The notes: generated by a model from the sequence alone, not told the origin. A stretch of DNA of 64,000 nucleotides from Somniosus microcephalus (GCA_052327205.1 CM126204.1:340690001-340754000); one strand, 5' to 3'; positions 50,480 to 63,096 are shown, numbered from the stretch's first letter. Numbers and translations are program-made.

Positions 50480-53400
50480 AAATTAGAGAGTTAAATGCAT
50501 GGCTCAAAGACTGGTGTGGGAGAAATGGGTTTTGCTTCCTGGGACACTGGCACCAGTACTGGGGCAGGAGGGAGCTGTTCCGTTGGGACGGGCTTCACTT
50601 GGCCAGTGCTGGGACTAGAGTCCTGGCGGACCATATAACTAGGGCTGTAGAGAGGGCTTTAAACTAACTAGTGGGGGGGAGGTTCCTAGAGAGCAAATAA
50701 TAAAAATGACAACAGAGAAGGTCATAGACTTAGGTAGCAGTGGGGAAATTAAAAACCAGAGCATGTCAGGAAGGGGCAGAAGGTATGGAGTAAAAGGTAA
50801 AGTAATAAAAAGGGCAAAAGCAGGAACTAAGTGTCACAAAACATCTTTGAAAGTTCTCTATCTGAATGCACGTAGCATTCGTAACAAAATAGACGAGTTA
50901 ATGGCACAAATAACTACATATGGGTATGATCTTGTGGCCTTTACAGAAATATGGCTGCAGGGTGATAATGCCTGGGAATTAAACATACCAGGTTATTTAA
51001 CGATCAGGATGGACAGGCAGGAAGGAAGGGGAGGTGGGGTGGTTAATAAAGGAAGGAATCTCTGTAATACAGAGAAATGATATTGGGTCAAAAGATCAGG
51101 ATAATGAAACAGTTTGGGTGGAGGTAAGGAATAATAAGGGGAAAAAAACACTAGTGGGCGTAGTCTATAGGCCTCCGAACAGTGGCAACTCTGTTGGATG
51201 GAGTATCAATCAGGAAATAGTTGAGGCTTGTAATAAGGGAACATCTATAATTATGGGGGATTTTAACTATCATATTAATTGGACAAATCAAATTGGGCAG
51301 GGCTGCCTTGAGGATGAGTTCATTGAGTGTATTAGGGATGGCTTTCTTGAGCAGTATGTAACTGAACGGACCAGGGGGCAAGCAACCTTAGATCTGGTCC
51401 TGTGTAACGAGACAGGATTAATTAAAAATGTCCTAGTAAAGGATCCCCTTGGAATGAGTGACCATAACATGGTTGAATTCCATATTCAATTAGAGGGTGA
51501 GAAGGTTGGATCTCAAACAAGCGTGCTAAGCTTGAATAAAGGAGACTATAAAGGTATGAGAGCGGAATTGAGTAGAGTGGATTGGGAAAATAGATTAAAG
51601 GGTAAGACGATACATGATCAGTGGTGTACATTTAAGGAGTTATTTTACAACTTCCAAAAAATATATATTCCACTGAGAAGAAAAGGGCGTAAAAGAAAAG
51701 ACAGCCATCTGTGGCTAAGTAAAGAAATTAAGGATAGTATTCAACTAAAAACAAGGGCAGATAAGGTAGCCAAATCTAGTGGGAGGATAGAGGATTGGGA
51801 AAACTTTAAAAGACAGCAAAAAATAACAAAAAGATTGATTAAGAAAGGGAAGATAGATTATGAAAGTAAATGAGCAAAAAATATAAAAACAGATAGTAAG
51901 AGTTTTTATAGTTATATAAAAAGAAAAAGGGTGGCTAAAGTAAATGTTGGTCCCTTAGAGGATGAGACCGGGAAATTAATGGTGGGAAATATGGAGATGG
52001 CAAAAACACTGAATATTTTCTATCAGTCTTTACAGTAGAAGACACTAAGGCCTAGAAATTCAGTGGCCTGCGCCACCAGTTTGCGCCCAAAGAGGGCTTT
52101 TGCGCCACTGTGCAAATCTACCGCGATATTTAGCGGGGCGCTAATGGCGGCGTTAGCCAGTAGCGCTGCGCCGCCACCGATGATGTCATCAGTGTGTGCA
52201 GTGCCCCGCTATCGCCCCGCTGGCCATATTTGGTTGCTGCCGCCTCCCCCGCGCCGGCCGCAAACAGCGACCGGTACACGGGGCCTACCTGTGCCGATAG
52301 TGGGGCGAGTTAAGGTGGAGGTGCGGCCGGCCGCTTTTTCGGCGGCCGCCTGCCCGCACCTCCGTCCCCGGCCTCCTACACCACCCCCCCGCGGCATTGC
52401 CGGCTGTTTCCAGAGAGCCCGGCACTTCTCCTTGGTGCCAGGCTCATTTGCCGGCATTCATGAGCGGGGATCGCGCTGTTGCAGGCACCTCCCCCTTAAG
52501 AGTGAGAGGAAGGCCTGCAGTACCACAGGCTGCCGTGCCGCAGCGGGTGGCGCTGCGGCACTTTGCACGCCGATATTCAGTTTCAGCGCCCCAAGCGGGG
52601 CGCCGAAACCCTTGTTTAGCGGCCGGCTTCCACTTGGGGCGCTGAAACTGAATATCCCGCTGGCGCATGTGGCTCCGCGCGCAGCGGTAATTCCGGCGCC
52701 CAGGCGAGCTGGGCGCCCCAAACTGAATTTCTAGGCCTAAGAATATCCCAACACTGGACAAACAGGGGGCTAAAGGGGGGGAGGAGCTAAATACGATCAA
52801 AATCACTAAGGAAGTGGTACTCGGTAAAATAATGGGACTCAAGGCGGATAAATCACCTGGACCTGATGGCTTACATCCTAGGGTCTTGAGGGAGTGGCGG
52901 TAGGGATTGTGGATGCATTGGTAATAATTTTCCAAAACTCCCTGGACTCGGCAATGGTCCCGGCAGACTGGAAAACTGCTAATGTAACACCCTTATTTAA
53001 AAAGGGCAGTAGACAGAAGGCTGGAAACTATAGACCGGTTAGCCTAACATCTGTGGTATGTAAAATTTTGGAGTCCATTATTAAGGAGACAGTAACAGGA
53101 CATTTGGATAATCATAATTTAATAGGACAAAGTCAGCATGGTTTTATGAAGGGGAAGTCATGTTTGACAAATTTGCTGGAGTTCTTTGAGGAAGTAACAT
53201 ATAGGGTAGATAAAGGGGAACCAGTGGACGTAGTGTATTTAGACTTCCAAAAGGCATTTGACAAGGTGCCACACAAAAGATTATTGCTTAAGATAAAAAA
53301 TCACGGGATTGGGGTAATATTCTGGCATGGATAGAGGATTGGCTATCTAACAGAAGGCAGAGAGTTGGGATAAATGGTTCATTCTCAGACTGGCAATCAG

Positions 53401-54574
53401 TAACAAGTGGTGTTCCGCAGGGGTCAGTGCTGGGTCCCCAACTCTTTACAATCTATATTAACGATTTGGAGGAGGGGACCGAGTGTAACATATCAAAGTT
53501 TGCAGATGATACTAAGATGGGAGGGAAAGTAGTGAGTGAGGAGGACATAAAAAACCTGCAAGGGGATATAGACAGGCTAAGTAAGTGGGCAGAGATTTGG
53601 CAGATGGAATACAATACTGGAAAGTGTGAGGTTATGCACTATGGCAGGAAAAATCGTAGAGCAAGTTATTATCTTAATGGCAAGAAACTGGAAAGTTCTG
53701 AAGTACAAAGGGATCTGGGGGTCCTGGTGCACGAAACTCAAAAGGTTAGTATGCAGGTGCAGCAAGTGATTAAGAAGGCCAATGGAATGTTGGCTTTCAT
53801 TGCTAGGGGGATAGAATATAAAAATAGGGAGGTATTGCTTCAGTTGTACAAAGTATTGGTGAGACCGCACCTGGAATACTGCGTACAGTTTTGGTGTCCA
53901 TACTTAAGAAAGGACATACTTGCTCTCGAGTCAGTACAAAGAAGGTTCACTCGGTTAATCCCGGGGATGAGGGGATGGACATATGAGGAGAGGTTGAGTA
54001 AATTGGGACTCTACTCATTGGAGTTCAGAAGAATGAGAGGCGATCTTATTGAAACATATAAGATTGTGAAGGGGTTGGATCGGGTGGATGCGGGGAGGAT
54101 GTTCCCGGTGATGGGTGAAACTAGAACTAGGGGGCATAGTCTTAGAATAAGGGGCTGCTCTTTCAAAACTGAGATGAGGAGGAACTACTTCACTCAGAGG
54201 GTGGTAGGTCCATGGAATATGCTGCCCCAAAAAGCTGTAGAAGCTACATCATTACATAAATTTAAAACAGAAATAGACAGTTTCCTAGAAGTAAAGGGAA
54301 TTAAGGGTTACGGGGAGCTGGCAGGAATTTGGACATGAGTCTAGGTCCGGATCGGTCATGGCCCTGTGGGTAGCGGAGCGGGCCCAGGGGCCGTGTAGCC
54401 TGATCCTGCTCCTATTTCGTGTGTCTAATTCTGTTAGATTCAGGAGATGGTTCTGTGATAGTGGATTGGCGGTTAGGATCAGATCAGCCATGATCTTATT
54501 GAATGGCGGAGCAGGCTCGAGGGGCCGATTGGCCTACTCCTGCTCCTATTTCTTATGTTCTTATGTTGTTATGT
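50480..54574 (+). mobile_element. CR1 (subfamily 2): end of ORF1 plus disrupted ORF2 (APE endonuclease and RT) and 3' UTR
   Basis: DGLHL ORF1 end; YLNARSI, YRPP, GDFN and SDH endonuclease motifs; FADD RT; 5' part nearly identical to 62870-64000. Confidence 0.92.
52049..52737. mobile_element. Young Harbinger-type MITE in CR1 ORF2
   Basis: Perfect 15-bp TIR GGCCTAGAAATTCAG; TAA TSD; removing it restores EDTKNIP. Confidence 0.92.
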
Positions 54575-55058
54575 AAGGCAGGAGGAGGGTACTGAGTTTG
54601 GATGATCAGCCATGATCGCATTGAATGGCGGAGCAGGCTCGAGGGGCCGAATGGCCTACCCCTGCTCCTATCACCTATGTTTCTATGTTTCTATGGAACC
54701 TTCAGCTACATTAGTCCGATTCTTTGGAACCTCCCTCCCTGCTCCTCTCTACCTTGTTCTCCACCTTTTTAAATACATATTTAACAAAGCTTTTGGACAC
54801 CAGTCCTAAACTTCCTCTTCCTTTCTCTGTGTGGAGTTATTTTTACTTTGATTGCCAGGTGAGAACGAATTGGCAGCTTGTTTTACATACACATGGCCTG
54901 TTATCTTTTCCATTGAAGAAAAAAATTGGGCGTGGTGTTAAACGAGCTGCCGGTTTGCTGTCGGCTGTTTTTCACCCCGGGGTAAATGACCCCCCGGTGA
55001 CCTCCCTTTGCATCTATTTTCGAAGTGCCGTTAGATGTTTCTCTATAATAAAGACTAT

Positions 55059-55821
55059 GGCCCAGAAATTCGGGTCTCCACGGGTGAGTACGCATGGAGT
55101 ACTCACCCGTAGGCCAAATGGAAGTGCCGGTTTCCTGCATGTACTGCGCATGCGTGGGAAACCGGCACTTCCGATCCTCTGAAAGCAGGGGTTCAGAGGT
55201 CGAACGCACGCGCAGGGGAGGCAGCGTGTGCGCATTGAACTTAGGTTTTTTTTTTACAGGTTTTCCCAGGAGGGTAAGCCTGCAGAATTTAGAAATGTAA
55301 AAAGCAGGCATAAGGCCTGCTTTTTACAAGGTAAGTGGTGAATTAACTAAAATTAAAACATTTTTTCCACAGTTATATTATTTTAAAATACTTTAAAGCA
55401 AGGTAAGTTTATTTTTAGCCCCTTTAGAATATAAAATTATTTTTTCAAAAATTTAAATTATTGTTTAAAATAGTTATTTAATGTAATTTATAGTTTATTT
55501 AAAAAATGTGATTTTTAAAAGAAATTTATTTGAAGGTTTACTGCTATTTTGGGGTCGTAGTATTTATAAGTCTTGACAGTTCCCGTCAACACTTATGAAT
55601 GGAGCATTCCCTGCTATATTGGCTCTCCATGGCCCACGTGATCCCAGGGGATGCATCGCATTAACTGCGCCCCTGGGACATGCAAGCACTGCGCGCCGGC
55701 AGCTAGACCAAGCCCCGGATCGGAATTCCACGGGGCCCTACAGCTCAACTGCCGGCGCGTAAGGTAAGTGCAGGTCGGGGGCTTGCACCCGCGGGAAGCC
55801 CCCGACCTGAATTTCTGGGCC
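55059..55821. mobile_element. Harbinger-type MITE
   Basis: TIR ggcccagaaattc(g/a)ggtc; TAT TSD. Confidence 0.85.
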
Positions 55822-56057
55822 TATGTTAACGCACATTGTTGTTGTTGTTGCTGTTGTTCTGCCGGAACTGGCAAAGGCAAAAACTATTCATGTTTTGAAT
55901 GCAAAGGATAGGTTTCATTACATTGCATTAAACAAAGGTTCGAATTTGCTGACTGCCTTTTCTACACCATTTGGAAGATATCGATAGTTGTGCATATAAC
56001 TTTGGAATCTCTTCAGCGCCTGAGGATTTTTCAGGCAAGAATTCACAAGGCACTTCA

Positions 56058-57836
56058 AGGCTGGAATTTTGCTGGCGCTCAGTGGATGGGATGGGTGGCG
56101 GGTCAGCTGTTAAATTTAAAATGATTGGCAGTAGGTCGGGATCCTGCTGTCAAAAATATGCGCACTGGATTTTCCCGGTCGGGTCTGTCAGTGCTGAGCA
56201 AACCCGACAGGCAGTGGCGGGGGAGGCAATTAAAATCATTAGTAGCTTGTTTACAGCCACTTATCAATGTTTTTTTTCCCCCCAGCTTTTTGGATTTGAC
56301 AGGTCGCCCACCGGTTTCCCACTGTGCCTAATCTGTGAAGCTGAGGTGGGAGGTCAGTGGCCATTGAATCAGCTGATGAGTTGACAACTTCAAATGTCAA
56401 GGCAAAGCTCCCAGCTGATTGAGACGTGTTCCCTTAACCACTAGCTTCTCTAAACTGCATTCCCACTAGAGATTCAAGATGCTGCAAGACTTTACACAAG
56501 TCTCCATCCAGTCTGACCTCATTACCTCTCTCACCATAAACAAATCGCTTCTGTCATCTCTACTTCACCTGCCATCTATTACATCAGCATCGGTGTCCTT
56601 GAAACTCTCTCACCTTGGTCCTCAGAATCCCACCACGATCAGCCCCAACACCAGCATCACCGGGCACACCAGCAGCACCAACAACAACACCAACCTTCTC
56701 CGCAATCACCTGATGCTGCACAGGATAGAAAGCATCAGCACCTGACCACATTGCTGCACAGGAGGTCAGGGATAGCCTCACCATGGCCAGATTTACTTCA
56801 CTTGACGCTGTACACCCTGGCTGCCACATGACGTGCCAGGTTGGCACCACCCAACACCAACAACATAAAGCATCCTACAATGCCCAAGCCATTCCTTTCG
56901 CACTCATGACCATTGTGGGGTGTACCATTATGTCTCACCTTTCACTGTAACTTATTAAGCCACTTCCAGCAGTGCACACAAATCTGTCCAAGAACACAAA
57001 GGGGTAGATTTTGCCGAACCTGTCGGGAAGAAGGCGGGACTTCCACTTTTTGGGTTTTTGACCTGCCTACTTCGACATCCGGCCAATCCACGCGACTTTC
57101 CCTTGATTGACCTTGTTGAGCCTGCCCAGCGGGCTCAGCAGGCCAATTAAGGGCCACCCGGCAACAGGTGATGTCACAGACTGCAATTTCATCTGTCAAG
57201 AGTTCTTGACAGATGAAATATCAGTGTCTCACAGCTGTTTGAAGCTGTGAAACACTGACTGTCTGAGTTCTAAGCTGAGTCATTCTGCACAGACTCAGTT
57301 AGAACTCTCACCGGCACTCAAAGCTGAAGACTGTCACTTTTGACAGATCGCAGCCGTTCAAGTTTTAAGCGCCAGCTGAGTGATGCGCTCCCGATGACTG
57401 CAGGAAGAAAGGCTGTTAAGGTAAGTACAGGTAAGTAAAAGTCCTTTACGCACTTTAGACACACCAAACACACTTACCTTTGCACTCATGCACCCATCAC
57501 TCACCTGAGCACCGACATCGCGACCCCATCAACTCCTTCAACCCGACGGCCCGCCTGCTCTACCTGGCGTGGTTTGGAGCCGTCGGGAAACCCACACGAA
57601 ACCCCTCAAAATAGGGATTAGGCTAAAAACTGCCTGTTAACTACCTGTTAATTGGCACTAATCCCTTCCCGTCTGGTTTCGGTGGGTCCCAGTGTGGGGC
57701 GGGTACCCGCCGCCCCTGAAACTTACGTGGGGCGGGGTTTTGGGTGGGATGGTGTCGGGACCCCCAAATTCAGGATTTCCCCCCCCCCCACCACATGCCT
57801 GAAACCCCGCCTGACGGCTCCCTGAAAATCTAGCCC
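56058..57836. mobile_element. Composite Harbinger-derived region (probable inner element 57001-57836)
   Basis: Ends ggggtagatttt (57001) / aaaatctagccc (57836); degenerate CRKK..gtaagt Myb-like remnant near 57400. Confidence 0.5.
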
Positions 57837-58020
57837 TTTAAAGTGTTGAAAATAAAGATTTCAATGTTTGACAGCACATTTACATGAACATTGGCTAAAA
57901 CACTCAAGTGCCTACCTGTGTGTGTTGTTAGTTGGTATTCCTGAGAATTCTTGGAATGACTAACAATCTACATCAGTTGGCTCCAACATTATTTTTCCAT
58001 ACCACTTCTACCCTGACCTC

Positions 58021-59488
58021 AATAACAACAGAAAATGCTGGTAAAACTCAGCAGCCCAGGGCAGCATCCGTGAAGAGAGAAACAAAGTTAATGTTTCAGG
58101 TCGATGACCCTTCGTCAGAACTGGAAAAAAGCAGGAAAAGGAATAGATCTTAAAGCAAGTTAGAGGCGGGGAAAAGGGGGAAGGGATGAAAGAACAAAAG
58201 GGAAGGTCAGTGATAGGATAGAAAGCAGAAGAGATAAAGAGACATTGAGAGACATTAAGAGATATTCAAGGCAAGAGGAGGTGGTAATGGGACAGGTTAA
58301 GGAACAAAGGATGGTTATAGATGAGGTGTGAATTGCACTGGCAGAATGAAGGAGAGGGAAGAAAAAACGGCCAAACAAAAGTGTGGATAAAAAAATGAAA
58401 AATGTGTATATATATGTGATAGGGGCCTAGGTTATGATCTGAAATTGTTGAACTCTATGTTGAGTCCAGAGGGCTGTAGAGTGCCTAATCGAAAGATGAG
58501 GTGCTGTTCCACTCTGACCTCTCTGTCCTCGGCCTTCTACACTGTTCCAGTGAAGCTCAGTGTAAGCTCGAGTAACAGCACCTCATCTTTCGATTAGACA
58601 CTCTACAGCCCTCTGGACTCAACACTGAGTTCAACAATTTCAGATCAGAACCTCTGCCCCCATTTTTTCGGACGGTAGCTGTTGCTGATGATTCTGATAT
58701 TCCCATTTACACCTCCTCTAGACCCATCTTTTGTTTCTTTATTTGTCCCATTACGATCTCCTTCCACCCTGCACCATCATCCCTTTTGTCATTTAATCTC
58801 TCCTGCCTTCCACCCTATCACAGACCTTCCCTTTTGTTCTTTCCTCCCCTCCCCACTTACCCTGCCTCTGTACTAAAATCTGTTACATCTCTAACTTTTT
58901 TCAGCTTTGCCCAAGCCTACAACTCTGTGGGGCCCTACCTGGACCACCGGGGAGCGGGGTGGTGTGCCAGCAGCCCGGTACACAAGAGGAACGCTGGGCT
59001 GCCAGATCGTGGCACGGACCCCGTGTTCAAAGACGCAATGGGCCGCGACAAGTAAGTCGGCCGATTTTTTTTCCCCCCCTGCCCACCACCTTCCATTTAG
59101 TTAGCGCCCGCGAGCCTTCTGCCATCCCGTTCCCACCCCCTGAATCCGTTGCTGTCATCGCCCGGCGCAGATTCAGGGGGCGCGAGGCCAATTTTGCAGG
59201 TGGAGCAAAAATGGAGCGCTGCGCATGGTGATGATGTCATCATCGCCTGCGCAGTGGCGCGGGGTGCTAACGGTTACCACTGCCGCTAAACACCCTCTGA
59301 GTTTAGCGGGAGTCATTAGCGGCCCAGCGCCCGGGCAAAAAAGTCGTTTGCACCTCCTGGAGGTGCTAAGGCACCCAATTTCAACCCTAACTTGTTTCTC
59401 TCTCCACAGATGCTGCCTGACCTGCTGAGTATTTCCAGCATTTTCTGTTTTCATTTGAGTTCCAGCATCCGCAGTATTTTGCTTTTGT
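58021..59488. mobile_element. Penelope-like element remnant with inverted terminal arms
   Basis: CSSEAQCKLE*QHLIFRLDTLQPSGLNTEF (GIY-YIG C-terminus-like) at 58545-58640, with an inverted copy at 58436-58511. The outer ends acagaaaatgctgg / ccagcattttctgt are also inverted. Confidence 0.7.
58910..59387. mobile_element. Truncated GC-rich MITE inside the Penelope-like arm
   Basis: Right end ccaatttcaaccc followed by TAA; similar to the reverse complement of the 52049 and 47950 left arms. Confidence 0.6.
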
Positions 59489-59531
59489 AAAAGTAACTGT
59501 TGAGCTTTGTGATCTTCTGAAGAAAGACATT

Positions 59532-59870
59532 GGCCGAGAAATTCGCAGTCTTACCGCTGGCCGTTAAGGCCCATTTCGGGAAAAAGATGGCGGCCGCCAC
59601 ACTTCCACCTGCTGCCGGCGGGTCACGTGGCGACCACCATTTTCAGCAGGTTGGCAGCGCTGCAGTTGGCTGCGCTTGCCGAAAGTATTGTAATTAGTGA
59701 TGTCAGTCGGCATGCAACACTGAGTTGACGCCTGCTCATTCCTTTTTGGATATTGCCGCTCCTCCTGCCAACCTTTCCAAAGCACACCCGTGTGTGCAGC
59801 TGCTAAAAGCAGTTCAGCAGCGTAAACAGCCATGAGGACGCTTGAAGTGACAAGTGTAAGTCAGCCGGGA
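59532..59870. mobile_element. Left part of a Harbinger-type MITE (right end not identified)
   Basis: Starts ggccgagaaattcgc, like the other family members. Confidence 0.45.
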
Positions 59871-59998
59871 CTATTATCTCCACGTAGCAGTGTTTATATT
59901 AATCACAAGCCTAGGTATTGATAGCTGACCCTTGAGATTTGTAGGTAAAGTTTAATTTGTTTTTGCTTACTTGAAACTGTCCTGCCTGAGATTGTAAT

Positions 59999-60224
59999 TG
60001 ACGTAATAAAACTCACTACGCACTTGGTTTGAGTATAAAGCAAGGCTTTAATCAACTTGTTTCAGAACATGGAGGTCTAGTTGTACTTCACTAGTTCCTT
60101 GTCTTACAAAATGTCCCTGGAAAACTGGGCCCACGCCCGAGTATTTATACTCCTTGGACGGCGCCACCAGCTGGCCGTTCAGCGTTATTTCATGAGTAGT
60201 TTCTTGATGATGAGATTTATAACA
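59999..60224 (-). mobile_element. Solo LTR (family S), copy 3
   Basis: TG..CA, TSD GTAAT. Confidence 0.88.
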
Positions 60225-61010
60225 GTAATACTGAATGTAATAAATGGGAAGATGCAGAATATTGCAGGTGATTACTTCTGGAAGAGTAAGCTTGAGGTTT
60301 GGATTAGGAATCACCTATGGATGTTCAGTGTTTCGATCTCTGAAATCTGAATTCAAATTGTTTGATATAGTTTATTTTAGTACTCTGTCCTCACCATGTA
60401 ACAGTAAAAAGGCCTCAGTTGTCAGAACCTCCTAAGCCAGTGACTAAAGTGACCTCCACATATCAATGAAATTATGAATATGGTGTAATGGTTTCAAAAA
60501 CTACAAAGTGCTGGATTTGATCGTTCCTGTCCTATATCTTTTTCTTCCTGCTACATGAAAATTTAAACAAGCATTTAAAATAAAGAGCTTGGCTTAGTCT
60601 CTATTCCTTTAGAATGAGGTGTGTGGGTAAAATGACGGAGCAAGTCCTTGAAAGCATTAAATGGGCCATCTTGGCTCAACGTAAAAAAAAAATGAACTGT
60701 GGTCCCTTTCAACAACACTGAATGCTGCGTGCCTTCTTCAGCGCAATGAGAGGTACTGACTTCTGATAATTAATTTGCACTGTTGTACCCCCACACCCTC
60801 CCCCCTCTCCTCCGCTCCCATAAAACCCGAAATCCGATCAAACCACAGGCTTCCCTGGCGCAGTCGACAGACTCTCCACAAATGCATAATCAATTTGCCG
60901 AACCCTTTTTTCTATCTGTAGAAATTTTGCAAGATGGAGCCTGAGCTGATTAAAATGACGACTTCCATTGATAGATTCCGGAGCTTTGCTTGTGTCACTT
61001 TGCACTTTAA

Positions 61011-61732
61011 GCGGCAGAGCTTAAATACCGGCAGTTGCGAGGTGAGGCCCGACCAGAGCATCGGACCTGTGAGGGAGCAGTGACCGGCGGCAGAGCTTAA
61101 ATACCGGCAGTTGCGAGGTGAGGCCCGACCAGAGCATCGGACCTGTGAGGGAGCAGTGACCGGCGGCAGAGCTTAAATACCGGCAGTTGCGAGGTGAGGC
61201 CCGACCAGAGCATCGGACCTGTGAGGAAGCAGTGACCGGCGGCAGAGCTTAAATACCGGCAGTTGCGAGGTGAGGTCCGACCAGAGCATCGGACCTGTGA
61301 GGGAGCAGTGACCGGTGGCAGAGCTTAAATACCGGCAGTTGCGAGGTGAGGCCCAACCAGAGCATCGGACCTGTGAGGGAGCAGTGACCAGCGGCAGAGC
61401 TTAAATACCGGCAGTTGTGAGGTGAGGCCCGACCAGAGCATCGGACCTGTGAGGGAGCAGTGACCAGCGGCAGAGCTTAAATACCGTCAGTTGCGAGGTG
61501 AGGCCCAACCAGAGCATCGGACCTGTGAGGGAGCAGTGACCGGCGGCAGAGCTTAAATACCGGCAGTTGCGAGGTGAGGCCCAACCAGAGCATCGGACCT
61601 GTGAGGGAGCAGTGACCAGCGGCAGAGCTTAAATACCGTCAGTTGCGAGGTGAGGCCCGACCAGAGCATCGGACCTGTGAGGGAGCAGTGACCGGCGGCA
61701 GAGCTTAAATACCGGCAGTTGCGAGGTGAGGC
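61011..61732 (+). repeat. Tandem array of ~9.5 x 76-bp monomers upstream of CR1 ORF1
   Basis: Unit gcggcagagcttaaataccggcagttgcgaggtgaggcccgaccagagcatcggacctgtgagggagcagtgaccg starts at 61011, 61087, ... 61695. Confidence 0.97.
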
Positions 61733-62117
61733 TTACCAACTTAGCAGCAGAGGAGAGAGGCAAAAAGTAATCCAAGTGTGACGTCACCAGGAAGTAGGTA
61801 AGTGATTGGTTGGATTGGTTGGTGAGTATTTCTTTCTTTCTCCTTTTCATTACAAGCTTAAATTCTGCGGTTTTTTTTCTAGGGTCTCTGTGGTGTAATG
61901 GGGACAGTTGGGAAATAAGCACCCTAGAGTATATCTTTAACTGGTTGTACTTAATAAGGCCTTTCTGGTGCAGAGTGACTGTTGGTAAACCATTTAACTG
62001 GTGTAATTAGAGGGATTGATTTAATTTAAATCCAATTAATTAAAGGGGATACCAGCATCTAAAATCGGGTAGAGGGTGTCCATAACTAACAATAAAAAGT
62101 TTAATTAATTACATAGA

Positions 62118-63057
62118 ATGGAGCAGGTGATGTGTTACTGTTGCGAGATGTGGGAGCCGGTAGACCCCATTGAGGCTCACGGTGATTACATCTGTGACAA
62201 GTGTCTGCTGCTACAGGATCTCCAGCTCCGTGTTGATGAGCTGGAGTCTGAGCTTCAGACACTGCGACACATCAGGGAGGGGGAGAAGTACCTGGACTCA
62301 GTGTACCAGAAGGTGGTCACACCTATGAAGTTAATTAATTCAGATGTAGCCCATGGCCAGGGTCAGGATGGTGTGACTACGAGCGAGGCAAGTACGGGGA
62401 TCCAGGAGGTAGTGTTGGAGGAGCCGCAGCCCTTGCTCTTGTCCAACAGGTTCGAGGTTCTTACTCCCTGTGTGGACAGGAGCAGGGACTGCAGGGAGGA
62501 TGAGCAACCTGGCCACAGCACCGTGGAACGGGGGGCCATTCAAGAGGGGGGAGTAAATAGAAATGTTGTGGTGGTAGGGGATAGTATTATTAGAGGGATA
62601 GATAGAGTTCTCTGCAGCCAAGAGCGAGAGTCCCATAGGTTGTGTTGCCTACCCGGTGCCAGGGTTAAGGACATCTCCTCTGGGCTGGAAAGAAACTTGC
62701 AGTGGGAGGGGGTGGAACCAGTCGTCGTGGTCCATGTTGGTGCAAACGACGTAGATAGGACTAGGAAGCCGGTTCTGTTAAAGGAGTATGAGCAGCTAGG
62801 GGTCAAATTAAAAAACAGAACCTCAAGGGTAATAACCTGAGCCATGAGCGAATTTGGCTAGGACAAATAAAATTAGAGAGTTAAATGCGTGGCTCAAAGA
62901 CTGGTGTGGGAGAAATGGGTTTTGCTTCCTGGGACACTGGCACCAGTACTGGGGCAGGAGGGAGCTGTTCCGTTGGGACGGGCTTCACTTGGCCAGTGCT
63001 GGGACTAGAGTCCTGGCGGATCATATAACTAGGGCTGTAGAGAGGGCTTTAAACTAA
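62118..63057 (+). pseudogene. CR1 ORF1 (Zn-finger/coiled coil plus SGNH esterase), broken near 62838
   Basis: CYCC..CDKC, heptad Leu repeat, VGDS, LPGA, HVGAND, DGLHL. Confidence 0.9.
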
Positions 63058-63096
63058 CTAGTGGGGGGGGAGGTTCCTAGAGAGCAAATAATAAAA

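Larger units (their letters stand above)
48807..54695 (+). mobile_element. CR1 (subfamily 1), 5'-truncated, inserted in an L2 3' end; split by a second CR1 (own 3' end at 54575-54695)
   Basis: Open RT region within ORF 48689-50494; ...tatagggag continues as aaggcagg...gggtactga after 54574; ttctatgt tail. Confidence 0.88.

Noticed and set aside
50480-51607. Segmental duplication with 62870-64000
   Set aside because: Similarity is confined to CR1 sequence; these are two copies of one young subfamily.
52063-52734. 223-aa ORF within the MITE (and similar ORFs in other GC-rich MITEs)
   Set aside because: High GC content suppresses stops, and there are no transposase motifs.
61011-61732. Possible CRISPR array
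   Set aside because: The units are contiguous near-identical repeats with no unique spacers, there are no cas genes, and the context is eukaryotic.
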